Shown in pieces: positions 10,544-20,393 of a stretch of DNA of 64,000 nucleotides. Location: positions 192,001 to 256,000 of the forward strand of contig JBBCGK010000001.1 of the NCBI GenBank assembly GCA_037200965.1, written 5' to 3'. The position numbers were made by a program, and so were the translations under genes. Position 1 is the first letter of the stretch. Every line of letters starts with the position of its first letter. The DNA comes from a bacterium. Lineage in GTDB: Bacteria > Patescibacteriota > Minisyncoccia > Phycocordibacterales > Phycocordibacteraceae. The notes beneath the pieces are model-generated. The model saw nothing but the letters and a program-made list of their open reading frames with translations. It did not search any database and was not told the DNA's origin.

Positions 10544-10738
10544 CTATCGACTGTGTCGAGGCACAAGCAGGCCCGCGATGAGCATGATCGCGAAAAGGAC
10601 CAGGAAAACGAAGAACAGGATCTGCGCGATCCCCATCGCTACAGACGCGACACCGCCGAAGCCGAAGACCCCGGCGATAATGGCGGCCAACAAGAACATG
10701 AGAGCCCATGCGAGCATGGCAAACCTCCAGAACCGCAC
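10544..10738 (-). CDS. UPF0391-family small membrane protein
   Basis: [38 protein letters not shown] matches the UPF0391 pattern. True start may be the internal Met at 10717. Confidence 0.65.
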   Translation of the reverse strand: MRFWRFAMLAWALMFLLAAIIAGVFGFGGVASVAMGIAQILFFVFLVLFAIMLIAGLLVPRHSR

Positions 10739-10855
10739 GCATCCGGTATGAACGCGTCTCTTGCGGCCTGAATTTTATAGCACACGACATCTCTATTGCA
10801 ACTTGGCCTTGGGAGCCCCTCAAAAATGCTTCGTTCATGCTACGATATCCGCACG

Positions 10856-12319
10856 ATGTCGGCCCTGGACGCCATACGCGCGGAAAGAATGGAGAAGCTC
10901 GCCCGCATGCGCGAGGCGGGAATGGACCCGTACCCGACGGACACACGGCGCACGCATACCAATGAACAGTTCCTTGCCGAACACGCGGCGCTTGAGGCAA
11001 GCGGCGCGGGCGCTGCCATCGCCGGACGCATCATGTCGCTTAGGGAGCACGGCGGCTCGCTCTTCCTTGACCTCTTCGACGGCAGCGGGGAAGTGCAGGC
11101 GTATATAAAAAAGGACGACTTCGGCGCAGAAGCGTTTGACCGGTTCACCGCGTTCGCCGACGCGGGCGATATCATTGAGATTTCCGGCACCGCCTTCACG
11201 ACCAAGCGCGGCATGCGCTCGATCCTCGCATCCGGCTGGCGCATGCTTGCAAAAGCCCTGCTTCCGCTTCCGAGCGAATGGTATGGCATCAAGGATGAAG
11301 ATGAACGCTACCGGAAGCGCTATCTCGACATCCTTCTCACCAAGGACCTCGCCGGGCGGGTGAAGCGCCGCTCGGTGTTCTGGAACAGCATGCGCGCGTT
11401 CCTGCTCGCCGAGGGGTATGTGGAAGTCGAGACGCCGGTTCTTGAGACCGTCACAGGGGGCGCGGACGCCCGTCCCTTCATCACGCACCACAACGCGCTT
11501 GATATAGAAACGTATCTGCGCATTTCCGCGGGGGAGCTCTGGCAGAAAAAACTCCTCGTCGCGGGCCTGCCGAAGGTCTTCGAGATCGGAAGGATCTTCC
11601 GGAACGAAGGAATGTCCGCCGAACATCTCCAGGACTACACGCAGATGGAATCCTATGAAGCCTTCATGGATTACGAGCAGGGGATGGAAATGATCCAGAA
11701 GCTCTATCGCCACGTCGCCCAGGCCGTCTACGGCACGACGAAATTCACCATCCGCGGCTTCGACGTCGACCTCGCGGAGCCCTGGGAGCGCTATGACTAC
11801 TCCACCCTCGTCAAGAAGCATTTCAATATCGACCCGCTTGCGACGAACGTCGGGGAGATAGAAGCCGCGCTTAAAAAACATGACATTGCCTATGACGCGC
11901 CGACACTCAATATCGAGCGCGGCGTCGATCTGCTTTGGAAGCAGGTTAGAAAGACCCTTGGCGGCCCGGGCTTCCTCATCGGCGTTCCGGTCTATCTCGA
12001 GTCTCTTGCGAAGCGAAGTCCCAAGGATCCGCGCGTCGTCGAGCGTTTCCAGGTGATACTCGGGGGCTCGGAGAACGGGAAGGGCTTCAGCGAACTCAAC
12101 GATCCGGTGGATCAGGCGGAACGGTTCCGGCACCAGCAGGCGCTTCGCGACGGAGGAGACGAGGAAGCGCAGATGAACGATGCGTCGTTCGTCGAGGCGC
12201 TCGAATACGGCATGCCGCCTGCGTTCGGGTTCGGCGTCTCCGAGCGTCTCTTCAGTTTCCTTGAAGGAGTGCCGGTGCGGGAGGCGCAGATTTTCCCGCT
12301 TATGAGACCGAGAGAATGA
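10856..12319 (+). CDS. lysS: Lysyl-tRNA synthetase, class II
   Basis: Anticodon-binding OB N-domain, RYLDILL, ETPVLE..GGADARPFITHHNALD, FRNEG class II motifs. Start taken at MSALDAI inside track ORF 10796..12319. Confidence 0.85.
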   Translation: MSALDAIRAERMEKLARMREAGMDPYPTDTRRTHTNEQFLAEHAALEASGAGAAIAGRIMSLREHGGSLFLDLFDGSGEVQAYIKKDDFGAEAFDRFTAFADAGDIIEISGTAFTTKRGMRSILASGWRMLAKALLPLPSEWYGIKDEDERYRKRYLDILLTKDLAGRVKRRSVFWNSMRAFLLAEGYVEVETPVLETVTGGADARPFITHHNALDIETYLRISAGELWQKKLLVAGLPKVFEIGRIFRNEGMSAEHLQDYTQMESYEAFMDYEQGMEMIQKLYRHVAQAVYGTTKFTIRGFDVDLAEPWERYDYSTLVKKHFNIDPLATNVGEIEAALKKHDIAYDAPTLNIERGVDLLWKQVRKTLGGPGFLIGVPVYLESLAKRSPKDPRVVERFQVILGGSENGKGFSELNDPVDQAERFRHQQALRDGGDEEAQMNDASFVEALEYGMPPAFGFGVSERLFSFLEGVPVREAQIFPLMRPRE

Positions 12320-12425
12320 AGTCGCGGTTGCGGTAGTTAAGCAAAGCGGTCTCAAGTCATGGCAACTCCTCAATACGATCGGTCACCTTGTCGCGGAACT
12401 TGGTATACGCGAGGGAAGGAGACTG

Positions 12426-12728
12426 TTGTCCCAAGAAACCATCACGACCAAAGATGGCGTCGCGCTTCCGCTTAACCTGCAGCATGCGCTCATGCTTAAA
12501 GAGTCCGGTGAAGAGGGTGATCTTAAGAGTCTATTTGAAGCTGCGAAGCAGCGAGGCCTTCAGGTCGAAGTATTTACACGCGAGATGATCGAGATCACCA
12601 GCGATCGCAAGGTGATAGACCGGACCGCCGCCAAGAATCTCGACGATATAGAATTCCTCGGTGTGCTTGTGTTCGGTCCGTCTTCGGTGGTCGAGGAGCT
12701 CACGCGCGAATTTCCGTTGTATTCGTAA
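12426..12728 (+). CDS. Hypothetical protein
   Basis: 100-aa ORF with TTG start; GGAAGGAG RBS just upstream. Confidence 0.4.
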   Translation: MSQETITTKDGVALPLNLQHALMLKESGEEGDLKSLFEAAKQRGLQVEVFTREMIEITSDRKVIDRTAAKNLDDIEFLGVLVFGPSSVVEELTREFPLYS

Positions 12729-13335
12729 GCGTGAATCCTTGGAGCGGTTGATAGGGTCTTTCGTCGGGTTCGAAAGCCTTTTGAAGGGCTTCAAGCTCGG
12801 TAAAAGCATGGGGAGACCCGACATACACTTGCAAAAGCTTCACATAAAATCCGTGAGAAATGCAAAGTGCGTTCTCCCGCTCTCTCAGCATTTCAATCAA
12901 GCTTTTCATCCGAGCTTTCACGGAGGCGAGTGATTCCGTCAGTCGGTTATTGAACAGCTGTATGATGAATTGTTCGCGCGCGGTTCGCATGGCCTGATCA
13001 TGGGAGAGCCGGGCAAATGCGTCTTTAGGAATGAGATTTTGCATGCTGAAGCGGATTCCATTCAGCTCCGGCAGAGAAATAATCGCCGCGCGCGGAGAAC
13101 GCCCTGTCTCGATGAGCAGTTTGGCCGTGTCCAATGTCTGGCCTTTCTCGGCGATAAAAATCGTTTGAATCTTCTCGACGGGGAAATCAAACTGATAATC
13201 GCGCACGATGCTGCTCGCGTTTTCCTGCAGAGAAGCGGTCATTTCTCCGCGTGATACGAGGTCAAACGAATCATAGAGGTCGTGATCTCCGATCTGATAG
13301 CGGATCGGGGCGCTGGTTATGATCGGGATGTTCAT
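12700..13335 (-). CDS. Hypothetical protein (weak histidine-phosphatase-like C-terminal motif ISHGFYVKLL)
   Basis: 211-aa ORF in a somewhat lower-GC segment. No confident family. Confidence 0.45.
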   Translation of the reverse strand: MNIPIITSAPIRYQIGDHDLYDSFDLVSRGEMTASLQENASSIVRDYQFDFPVEKIQTIFIAEKGQTLDTAKLLIETGRSPRAAIISLPELNGIRFSMQNLIPKDAFARLSHDQAMRTAREQFIIQLFNNRLTESLASVKARMKSLIEMLRERENALCISHGFYVKLLQVYVGSPHAFTELEALQKAFEPDERPYQPLQGFTLTNTTEIRA

Positions 13336-13389
13336 GATTCGTTTTATAAGAATAAACCCTTCCCGAACGTTCGGGAAGGGTCTTCGGTT

Positions 13390-14235
13390 TCAATCGCCGG
13401 TAACCGGCATCGTTGACTGCGCCAACTGAAGGATGGGAATCGCTTCCTTTCCTTCCCGCGAGAACGGATGATTCACGCGGCTTAGATTCGGCGTGGAGTG
13501 GTTTATCATCACCGCTCCCGTGCCGAACACTTCCTCGGCAAGCCGTCCCCAGGCCATGTATTGGGCGAGTTGCCGGATTGCCATCTCTCTGCAGTACGCA
13601 TGGGTCACGGTCTCGCTGGTCATCGCCTGGTAGAGAGCGATCCGACTTCCCGCGTTGCTGTCGACATTCATGCGTACCGAGCTGTCGGATTCCAGTTCGC
13701 GCCGCACCTCCGCAAGCGCAGCGTGATACGTGGTGAACCAGGTAGGGAAGGCCCGCGTAAAGCGCCGGCAGGTTTTGAGCGGTAGCGAACGGCGACTGGC
13801 CTCTTCGATAATCCGCTCGCAACTCGATTGGCAGCGTTCGAGGAACGCAAGCGGATCGCCATCGACCATCTTTCGCATGACGAAAGGGAGATCGTACTCG
13901 GTATCCGCAAGCGTTACGTGGTATTCGAGATCGATACCCCATTCTTGAAGTCGTGCCAACAAGGCATGAACGATCTCGAGATGCGCCTTGGCGATATGGG
14001 GAATGCCGCCCGATACCGCCATGTAGGTGAAGCCCCGTTCGCTGCGGGCATAATCAGGACAAACTGCGGAAACGAGGATGAGCTTCTTTGACCTGAGTCT
14101 TCTCGATATCCCCTTTTTAACCTTAAGGGGAACCTCGCATGCAAGCGACCCGATGCCATTTGGGAAAACCGAATCGAATGAGAGCGTTGACATGAGCAGG
14201 TTTCCTTTGTTTGCGGTGTAAGGTACTGGGGACAA
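13390..14235 (-). CDS. Hypothetical protein
   Basis: 281-aa ORF in a lower-GC segment. No recognised family. Confidence 0.5.
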   Translation of the reverse strand: MSPVPYTANKGNLLMSTLSFDSVFPNGIGSLACEVPLKVKKGISRRLRSKKLILVSAVCPDYARSERGFTYMAVSGGIPHIAKAHLEIVHALLARLQEWGIDLEYHVTLADTEYDLPFVMRKMVDGDPLAFLERCQSSCERIIEEASRRSLPLKTCRRFTRAFPTWFTTYHAALAEVRRELESDSSVRMNVDSNAGSRIALYQAMTSETVTHAYCREMAIRQLAQYMAWGRLAEEVFGTGAVMINHSTPNLSRVNHPFSREGKEAIPILQLAQSTMPVTGD

Positions 14236-14599
14236 GCGGCGATGCTTGCATGGGGAGCTCTGAATACAAAACTCCCCGCCCTTGTGCGCGTCGAAAAATG
14301 ACGTGCAAAGGGGCGGGGAGTCTTACCAGATTCCGCGCGATACCACCCAATGTTCCGGAACGGGGCATGCCCGCTCCGCTTACCGCCTCGGAAGCCTTAC
14401 GACTCCGGCAACGGTTGTCCCATGGTTACGGAGGAATCCGGATTTCCACTCACGCAGAAATCTCCTTGCCGCACTGGCAACCCGGGCCCAGTCCCCCGCG
14501 GCGCGAGGGACCCGGATCAAAGGATTTGTCTCGGAGCACGATAGCACCGGCGCGCACTCAGGTCAATAGCGACGGGCGGCGACGCCGTGAACACAAGAG

Positions 14600-14680
14600 T
14601 ACGAAGAGTGAACTATAGTTCACCATAGTTATCCACATTGTGAAGGGCTCGGAAAAGACCTGGTGGGTAGTAGTGGGATA
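14600..14680 (+). promoter_or_regulatory. Candidate mraZ operator/promoter region
   Basis: Perfect 16-bp palindrome GTGAACTATAGTTCAC at 14608-14623. GTGGG direct repeats with 10-bp spacing at 14663-14667 and 14673-14677, about 80 nt upstream of mraZ, matching the MraZ box pattern (TGGGN direct repeats). Confidence 0.4.
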
Positions 14681-14754
14681 TACTCCCTTAATGGTCAGTG
14701 AAGTGGGAAGCGGAGTCATGGCCGCTTCCTGCCGATCCGGCCGCTCATCAACCC

Positions 14755-15189
14755 ATGTTCCTCGGCGAATACCTCCACACTTTCGATGCAAAGAACAGGA
14801 TCTCCCTTCCGTCGAGGTTCAGGAAGGATCTTGGCCGCGCGGTGATTATCACGCGCGGCCTCGATCATTGCCTCTACGTATATGCCCGCAAGGCGTGGGA
14901 GAAGGAAGCGGCAAAATACGCCGCGAAGGCGAGCGGGAATGCCGCGGAGCGCGGACTCGCGCGCCTTTTCCTCGCGGGCTCGTCCGACGCCGAGATCGAT
15001 AGCGCCGGGCGCATCCTGATACCCGAGAACTTCAAGGCGTTCGCCGGGATACAGGGCAAGGCGGTCGTCGCAGGCGTCGCCGACCGGGTCGAAATCTGGG
15101 AAGAAGAAGCGTGGAAGGCATACACCAAAGCCATCGAGCGCGATGCTGAAGCATATGCGGAGAAGGTAGGCGGGCAAGGGACTCTTTAA
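14755..15189 (+). CDS. mraZ: Transcriptional regulator MraZ
   Basis: Internal start MFLGEYLHTFDAKNRISLPSRFR...; two SpoVT/AbrB-like repeats. First gene of the dcw cluster. Confidence 0.9.
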   Translation: MFLGEYLHTFDAKNRISLPSRFRKDLGRAVIITRGLDHCLYVYARKAWEKEAAKYAAKASGNAAERGLARLFLAGSSDAEIDSAGRILIPENFKAFAGIQGKAVVAGVADRVEIWEEEAWKAYTKAIERDAEAYAEKVGGQGTL

Positions 15190-15195
15190 ATACGT

Positions 15196-16167
15196 ATGGA
15201 ACCGCGCACCCTTGAAGCCAGGCACGACAGCGTCCTCCTCCCGGAGGTCCTTGAGGCGCTTCGGATAGAGGCGACTGATGTCGTGGTGGACGCGACGGTA
15301 GGCGGGGCAGGGCATTTCAAGAGCTTTTTCGAGGCTCTCGGCCCGGAGGGAACGCTTATAGGAATCGACGCGGATGCGGCGGCGCTCAAGCGGGCCAAGG
15401 AGGTGCTTGCGGCCGATCCGCGCGCTCCCGGCGCCCGCCCGCACGTTCATCTGGTCGAGGATAATTTCCGCAACCTCCCGTCGATACTCGATACGCTTGG
15501 TATAGAGCGGGTGGATAAGATCCTGTTCGACCTCGGATGGAGCGGCTTCCAGCTTGCGGAGAATCGCGGATTTTCCTTCCAGGCGGACGAGCCGTTATTG
15601 ATGGCGTATGGAAGCGCGGCGGGGCAGCAGACGGCGGCAGAAATCGTTAACGGCTATTCCGAAGAGGAGCTTGCCGATCTCATTTATTCGCTCGGGGAAG
15701 AGCGCTTCGCCCGCGGCATCGCGAAGTCGATCGTCACGGCCCGAAGGGAGAAACATCTTCTTACCACCGCCGACCTCGTGCATGCGGTCGAGCTTGGCAC
15801 TCCCGCCTGGTACCAGCACCGCCGGACGCACCCGGCAACGAAGACATTTCAGGCGCTGCGGATCGCGGTGAACGACGAACTCGGAGCGCTTCGGGACGGC
15901 CTTTCCGCGGCGCTTTCCCGCGCGGCAGCAGGCGGACGCATCGCGGTCATCACCTTCCACAGCATCGAAGACCGGATCGTTAAAAGCTTCTTCAAGGATG
16001 CGGCGCATACGGGACAAGGAACGCCTGTTACGAGAAAGCCCGTCGTCCCGAGCTTCGCGGCCGTGCGCGAGAACCGGCGCGCACGAAGCGCGAAGCTCCG
16101 GGTATTTGAAGTCGGCGTTTCCGGACTTGCCCGCCAGGAGGAGTCTCTCAACCATGCCTATGCGTAG
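15196..16167 (+). CDS. rsmH: 16S rRNA (cytosine1402-N4)-methyltransferase RsmH (MraW)
   Basis: 323 aa; SAM-binding ATVGGAGH and FHSIEDRIVK motifs. Confidence 0.9.
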   Translation: MEPRTLEARHDSVLLPEVLEALRIEATDVVVDATVGGAGHFKSFFEALGPEGTLIGIDADAAALKRAKEVLAADPRAPGARPHVHLVEDNFRNLPSILDTLGIERVDKILFDLGWSGFQLAENRGFSFQADEPLLMAYGSAAGQQTAAEIVNGYSEEELADLIYSLGEERFARGIAKSIVTARREKHLLTTADLVHAVELGTPAWYQHRRTHPATKTFQALRIAVNDELGALRDGLSAALSRAAAGGRIAVITFHSIEDRIVKSFFKDAAHTGQGTPVTRKPVVPSFAAVRENRRARSAKLRVFEVGVSGLARQEESLNHAYA

Positions 16168-16459
16168 CGTCGTCCATGCGTTTTCCCTGGTGCAGTGGCT
16201 CGGCGGCGTGGTCGCCGTGCTCGTCGTCGCCTATATCGCGCTCATCGCGTTCGTCATGTCCTATGCCGCGGTGCAGACGGAGACGGCACAGTCGGTCCGG
16301 GACGGAAGCGCGCAGGTGAGCCTTCTTGAAATCCGCTACCTCGAGAAAACCGCGGCGCTCGGGGCGATGGACCCGGCGAGCCTCGGATACTCCGCTCCGC
16401 TCGCGAAGAATTTCGTCGAAGGTCCGGCTCGCGCGGCGATCAATACCGGGCGCCGCTAA
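16154..16459 (+). CDS. ftsL: FtsL-like cell division protein
   Basis: Single TM plus a short coiled coil, sitting between rsmH and ftsI. Start MPMRSV at 16154. Confidence 0.55.
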   Translation: MPMRSVVHAFSLVQWLGGVVAVLVVAYIALIAFVMSYAAVQTETAQSVRDGSAQVSLLEIRYLEKTAALGAMDPASLGYSAPLAKNFVEGPARAAINTGRR

Positions 16460-16468
16460 CAGAAAGGC

Positions 16469-18196
16469 ATGCGCGCGACATTCCGAGCACGGCTGCGCAT
16501 ACTTCTCGGGATCATAGGGCTTATCGCTCTTCTGCTCGTTGCCCGCCTCTATTTCGTGCAAATCGTGAACGGTTCGGAGTATGCGCTCCGGGCCGACCGG
16601 CAGTATCTTTCGCAAAGCCAGGCGCTCTTCGATCGCGGATCAATCTATTTCACGCGCCAGGACGGCACGCTCATCTCGGCGGCAAGCCTTGGAAGGGGCT
16701 TCCTGCTTTCGCTTAATCCTTCAAAGATTAAAGACGCGGAGGCGGCATACCAGGCTCTTTCCGCCCTGACGCCGCTTGACCACGACGCGTTCATCGCCGC
16801 GGCTACGAAACCGCACGACGTATACGAGGAGGTGGCGCACCGGCTTCCGGAAGATGTCGGTACCAGGATCGCGGCGCTTAAGATCCCGGGCGTAAGTCCT
16901 CTCCGGGAGCGCTGGAGGGAATATCCGGGGGGGGCGCTCGCCGCGCAATCGATCGGCTTTATCGCCTATAACGGGGGCGACACGCTCGCCGGGCGCTACG
17001 GCCTCGAGCGCTACTACGACGACACGCTCGCCCGCGACAACGGCTCGCTCTATCAGAATTTCTTTGCGCAGCTCTTCGCGAACCTCGGGAACGCGCTCGT
17101 CGACGCGCGGGCAAGCCGCCAAGGGGACATCGAGACCACCATCGAGCCGCAGGTGCAGGCGCACCTCGAGGACGACCTGAAGGCCGTGCAGGCGAAGTAT
17201 GCGAGCCGGGAGACCGGAGGCATCATTATGAATCCCGCGACCGGGGAAATCATCGCGCTTGGCGCGACGCCGGGCTTCGACCTTTCCGACTTCCAGAACG
17301 GGAACGCGGAGCATTTCGGGAATCCGCTCGTCTCGAGCGTCTACGAATTCGGCTCCATTATGAAGCCCCTTACGATGGCTTCGGGTATCGACGCCGGGGT
17401 AGTAACGCCTTCGACGACATACAACGACACGGGATGCATCGAGGTGAACGGATCGAAGATCTGCAACTTCGACCTCAAGGCCCGCGGGGTTGTGCCGATG
17501 CAGGAGGTGCTCTCGCAGTCGCTTAACGTGGGCGCGTCGTATATCGCGACCAGGCTCGGGCCAGACCGCTTCCGCACCTATTTTACGTCTCTTCGCTTCG
17601 GCGAGGAGACGGGCATCGATCTCCCGAGCGAAATCCACGGGATCACGGGAAACCTCAAAAGTCCCCGCCAGCTCGAGTACGACAACATGTCGTTCGGGCA
17701 GGGTATCGCCGAAACCCCGGTCGAGATGATCCGCGCGCTCGGAACGCTCGCGAATCGCGGCAGCATGGTCACGCCGCATCTTGCGCGCGCGATACGCCTC
17801 GATTCGGGCATCACGAAGACGCTCGACTGGGGAGAGCCGGTTCCGGTCTTCAAGCCCGAAAGCGCGCAGGCCGTGACGCAGATGCTCACGCAGGTCGTCG
17901 ACACGGCGCTCGCGCACGGGGCGAAGAAGATCCCCGAGATGTCGGTCGCCGCAAAAACGGGAACGGCGCAGATGGCCGCGCCCGGCGGGGGATACTACGC
18001 GAACGAGTATTTCCACTCCTTCTTCGGCTATTTCCCCTCGTATTCCCCGCACTTCATAATCCTCCTCTATACGGTTAAGCCCCAGGGCGTACAATATGCG
18101 TCCGAGACGCTCACGGACACCTTCGCGGACCTGGTGCATTTCCTCGTGAGTTACTACGGCGTCCCGCCCGACCGAGCCAATGAAAACAATCCTTAG
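16469..18196 (+). CDS. ftsI: Penicillin-binding protein FtsI (PBP3-like)
   Basis: 575 aa; SxxK (GSIMKP), SQSLNVG and KTGTAQ transpeptidase motifs. Confidence 0.85.
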   Translation: MRATFRARLRILLGIIGLIALLLVARLYFVQIVNGSEYALRADRQYLSQSQALFDRGSIYFTRQDGTLISAASLGRGFLLSLNPSKIKDAEAAYQALSALTPLDHDAFIAAATKPHDVYEEVAHRLPEDVGTRIAALKIPGVSPLRERWREYPGGALAAQSIGFIAYNGGDTLAGRYGLERYYDDTLARDNGSLYQNFFAQLFANLGNALVDARASRQGDIETTIEPQVQAHLEDDLKAVQAKYASRETGGIIMNPATGEIIALGATPGFDLSDFQNGNAEHFGNPLVSSVYEFGSIMKPLTMASGIDAGVVTPSTTYNDTGCIEVNGSKICNFDLKARGVVPMQEVLSQSLNVGASYIATRLGPDRFRTYFTSLRFGEETGIDLPSEIHGITGNLKSPRQLEYDNMSFGQGIAETPVEMIRALGTLANRGSMVTPHLARAIRLDSGITKTLDWGEPVPVFKPESAQAVTQMLTQVVDTALAHGAKKIPEMSVAAKTGTAQMAAPGGGYYANEYFHSFFGYFPSYSPHFIILLYTVKPQGVQYASETLTDTFADLVHFLVSYYGVPPDRANENNP

Positions 18197-19460
18197 ATCG
18201 ATAACGGCCGAATTGCTTGCGGTGCTCGCGCGCCTTATCGTGCGCAAGTACAAGCCGGCCATCGTCATGGTCACGGGATCGGTGGGGAAGACGTCGACCA
18301 AGGACGCGGTCGCCGCGACGCTCCATACGGCGCTCTTCGTCCGGGCGAGCGCTAAAAGCTATAACAGCGAGTTCGGCGTCCCGCTCACGATCCTCGGCGC
18401 GGCGAACCCGTGGTCGAATCCGCTCGGCTGGGCGCGGGTATTCAAGGAAGCACTCGCGCTCCTTATCCTTCCCAACCACTATCCGAAAGTGCTCGTACTT
18501 GAGGTTGGCGCCGACCGCCCGGGAGATTTGGCACGGATACTCCGGATCGCGACGCCGAGCCTCGTGATCGTGACAAGGCTCCCGGCCGTGCCCGTGCATG
18601 TGGAGGCCTATGCGAGCCCCGAAGCAGTGCGGGAAGAGGAGTTCGCCCCCGCCTATGCGCTCGCCCCCGGTGCCCCGCTCGTCCTTTCGGCGGACGATTC
18701 TTTCGCGCTCGCGCTCGCGAAGCGCCTCGACACCAAGACCGTTACGTACGGCATGGCACCGGATGCTGACGTGCGAGTCATAAATCCGGGGCTCCATATC
18801 GAAGCAGGAAAGCCGGTCGGCATGCAGGCCACGCTTCGCGCGGCGAAGGAAGAAGCGCGGATTATCATTCGCGGCGCGCTTGGCGAACAGCAGCTTCTTC
18901 CGGCGGCCGCTGCGATCGCCGCGGCGCTCGCGCTCGGTTTGTCGTTTGCCGATGCCCTCGAAGGTCTTGCAAGCTACGCCCCGCCTCCAGGGCGCACGCG
19001 GCTCCTTGAGGGCGCGAACGGCTCCCTCCTTATCGACGACTCATACAATTCTTCTCCGGCAGCGGTCGAGGAAGGACTCAAAGCGCTCAACCTGCTGCGG
19101 GCGAAGCGCCGCATCGCCGTTCTCGCGGATATGCTCGAGCTCGGGCGCTATTCGGTCGCCGAGCACGAGCGCATCGGAGCGCTTGCCGCCGAAAGCGCCG
19201 ATATCGTCGTCGCGGTCGGTATTCGCGCCCGAGCGCTCGCCGAAAAGGCGCGGGAAGGGAACGAAGAGAACGTGCTTGCCTTCGACAGCGCGCGGGAAGC
19301 GGCGGGCACGCTTCGCGGCCTTATACAAGAAGGCGATGTCCTGCTTATCAAAGGCTCCCAATCGATGCGCATGGAGCGCGTAACGGAAGCGCTCCTTGCC
19401 GATCCGCTCGATGCCGCGAAGCTGGTGCGCCAGGATCGGGAGTGGAAGCGGAAGCTTTGA
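18180..19460 (+). CDS. murF: Mur ligase, most likely MurF
   Basis: VMVTGSVGKTSTKD P-loop of Mur ligases. Sits in the dcw cluster after ftsI. Confidence 0.75.
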   Translation: MKTILRSITAELLAVLARLIVRKYKPAIVMVTGSVGKTSTKDAVAATLHTALFVRASAKSYNSEFGVPLTILGAANPWSNPLGWARVFKEALALLILPNHYPKVLVLEVGADRPGDLARILRIATPSLVIVTRLPAVPVHVEAYASPEAVREEEFAPAYALAPGAPLVLSADDSFALALAKRLDTKTVTYGMAPDADVRVINPGLHIEAGKPVGMQATLRAAKEEARIIIRGALGEQQLLPAAAAIAAALALGLSFADALEGLASYAPPPGRTRLLEGANGSLLIDDSYNSSPAAVEEGLKALNLLRAKRRIAVLADMLELGRYSVAEHERIGALAAESADIVVAVGIRARALAEKAREGNEENVLAFDSAREAAGTLRGLIQEGDVLLIKGSQSMRMERVTEALLADPLDAAKLVRQDREWKRKL

Positions 19461-19487
19461 TTGGGTTCCGTTTTATATAGTAACCAA

Positions 19488-19514
19488 CCGCCGGACTAAG
19501 GTCCGGCGGCTTTG
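19488..19514 (+). terminator. Rho-independent terminator after murF
   Basis: CCGCCGGAC-taa-GGTCCGGCGG followed by CTTTG. Confidence 0.6.
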
Positions 19515-19535
19515 CGTCTGCCTGCTTGACGCAGG

Positions 19536-19990
19536 CTAGGCGATCAGTTTCGCGAAGAGCGAAGGCTGGTCGATCTCCTCGTGATGATGCTGGTGGCGTA
19601 CGTAGCGGCGGATGATGTACTCGTCGAGTCCGATGGTGGAGACGAAGTACCCGCGCGCGCCCAGAGAGACTGGCGCTCGTAGAGGTCGTGGGTGCGCTTG
19701 ATCTTCTTCTTGAGCCAGGCAGAGCTCTTGCCCTTGAGGATTTGCATGACATAGGAGACGGAGTCCCGAGGCGTCGCAAGGAGGACGAGGTGGATATGGT
19801 CGTCCTGGATGCTGAGCTCGACGATCTCCCAGTGCTTCCAACGGCAGATCGATTCGAATATCCTGCGCACCTCGTGCTTGACCTTGTCGGAAGCGAGCAC
19901 CTTGCCACGGTACTTGGGCGTCCAGACGAAGTGGTATTTGAGGTCATAGAAACAGTGAGATACTGTGCGTATCGTACGTTTGTTTCGCGA
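19536..19990 (-). pseudogene. tnpA: IS200/IS605-family TnpA (Y1 transposase) pseudogene
   Basis: Two overlapping reverse-strand ORFs in different frames. One gives YHFVWTPKYRGKVL...DHIHLVL (the HuH motif). The other gives ARGYFVSTIGLDEYIIRRYVRHQ (the Y1 C-terminus). A frameshift sits between them. No ATG/GTG/TTG start lies between the in-frame TAG and the YHFVW motif. Confidence 0.7.
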
Positions 19991-20138
19991 AATACGTATG
20001 AGGGTTAGCCGCTAAAGCAGGGGCTGCCGCCCCTGCTTTAGTATGGCGTCGCCTTCAAACGTACTCCCCGGCTTCGCCGGGGGTTTTTGGTGATAAGAAA
20101 TGGCCGCTCCCGAAGGAGCGGCCGAATTCAGTTCTCTG

Positions 20139-20372
20139 CTACAAGCTACTCTTGAGAGGGCGGCGTTCAATTTTCTCGACCGTGAAAAAGCAGGTGGTCT
20201 CGGGGTCTGGCAGCACGCCTTGTTCGTACTCCTGCGCGATAACGATGGCCAACTTTTTCCGGGCGAACGCTTCCAGGAACTTCTTCGCGCCCCAGCCGGG
20301 AATATCGGCGGAACCGTCAGTAATTACTTCGGAGCATTTGATTTGGAGGACAGCGCGCGGTGGCCACCTCAT
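20139..20372 (-). CDS. Hypothetical small protein (downstream half of a TGA-interrupted reading frame)
   Basis: 77-aa ORF, same frame as 20394..20663 and separated from it by 21 nt and one TGA. Confidence 0.35.
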   Translation of the reverse strand: MRWPPRAVLQIKCSEVITDGSADIPGWGAKKFLEAFARKKLAIVIAQEYEQGVLPDPETTCFFTVEKIERRPLKSSL

Positions 20373-20393
20373 TCCCTTGCAAGAGCGTCTTGA

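Noticed and set aside
10835-12373. 512-aa ORF on the reverse strand covering lysS
   Set aside because: The + strand encodes a textbook class II LysRS. The reverse ORF is Arg/Ala-rich and unrelated to any family: an antisense shadow of high-GC coding DNA. The same reasoning rejects 465..1211(-), 1270..2052(+), 1370..2224(-), 5104..6252(-), 16721..18301(-), 35719..37317(+), 42940..44163(-), 52838..53460(+ upstream part) and 60030..61988(+).
14236-14600. RNase P RNA or tmRNA gene upstream of mraZ
   Set aside because: Only short CR-I-like strings (UCCGGG) were seen. CR-IV/CR-V and tRNA-like ends could not be matched. Left as an unconfirmed structured region in the findings.
8285-18196. Two PBP genes as a duplication of interest
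   Set aside because: These are the usual elongasome (mrdA next to mreBCD) and divisome (ftsI in the dcw cluster) paralogues.
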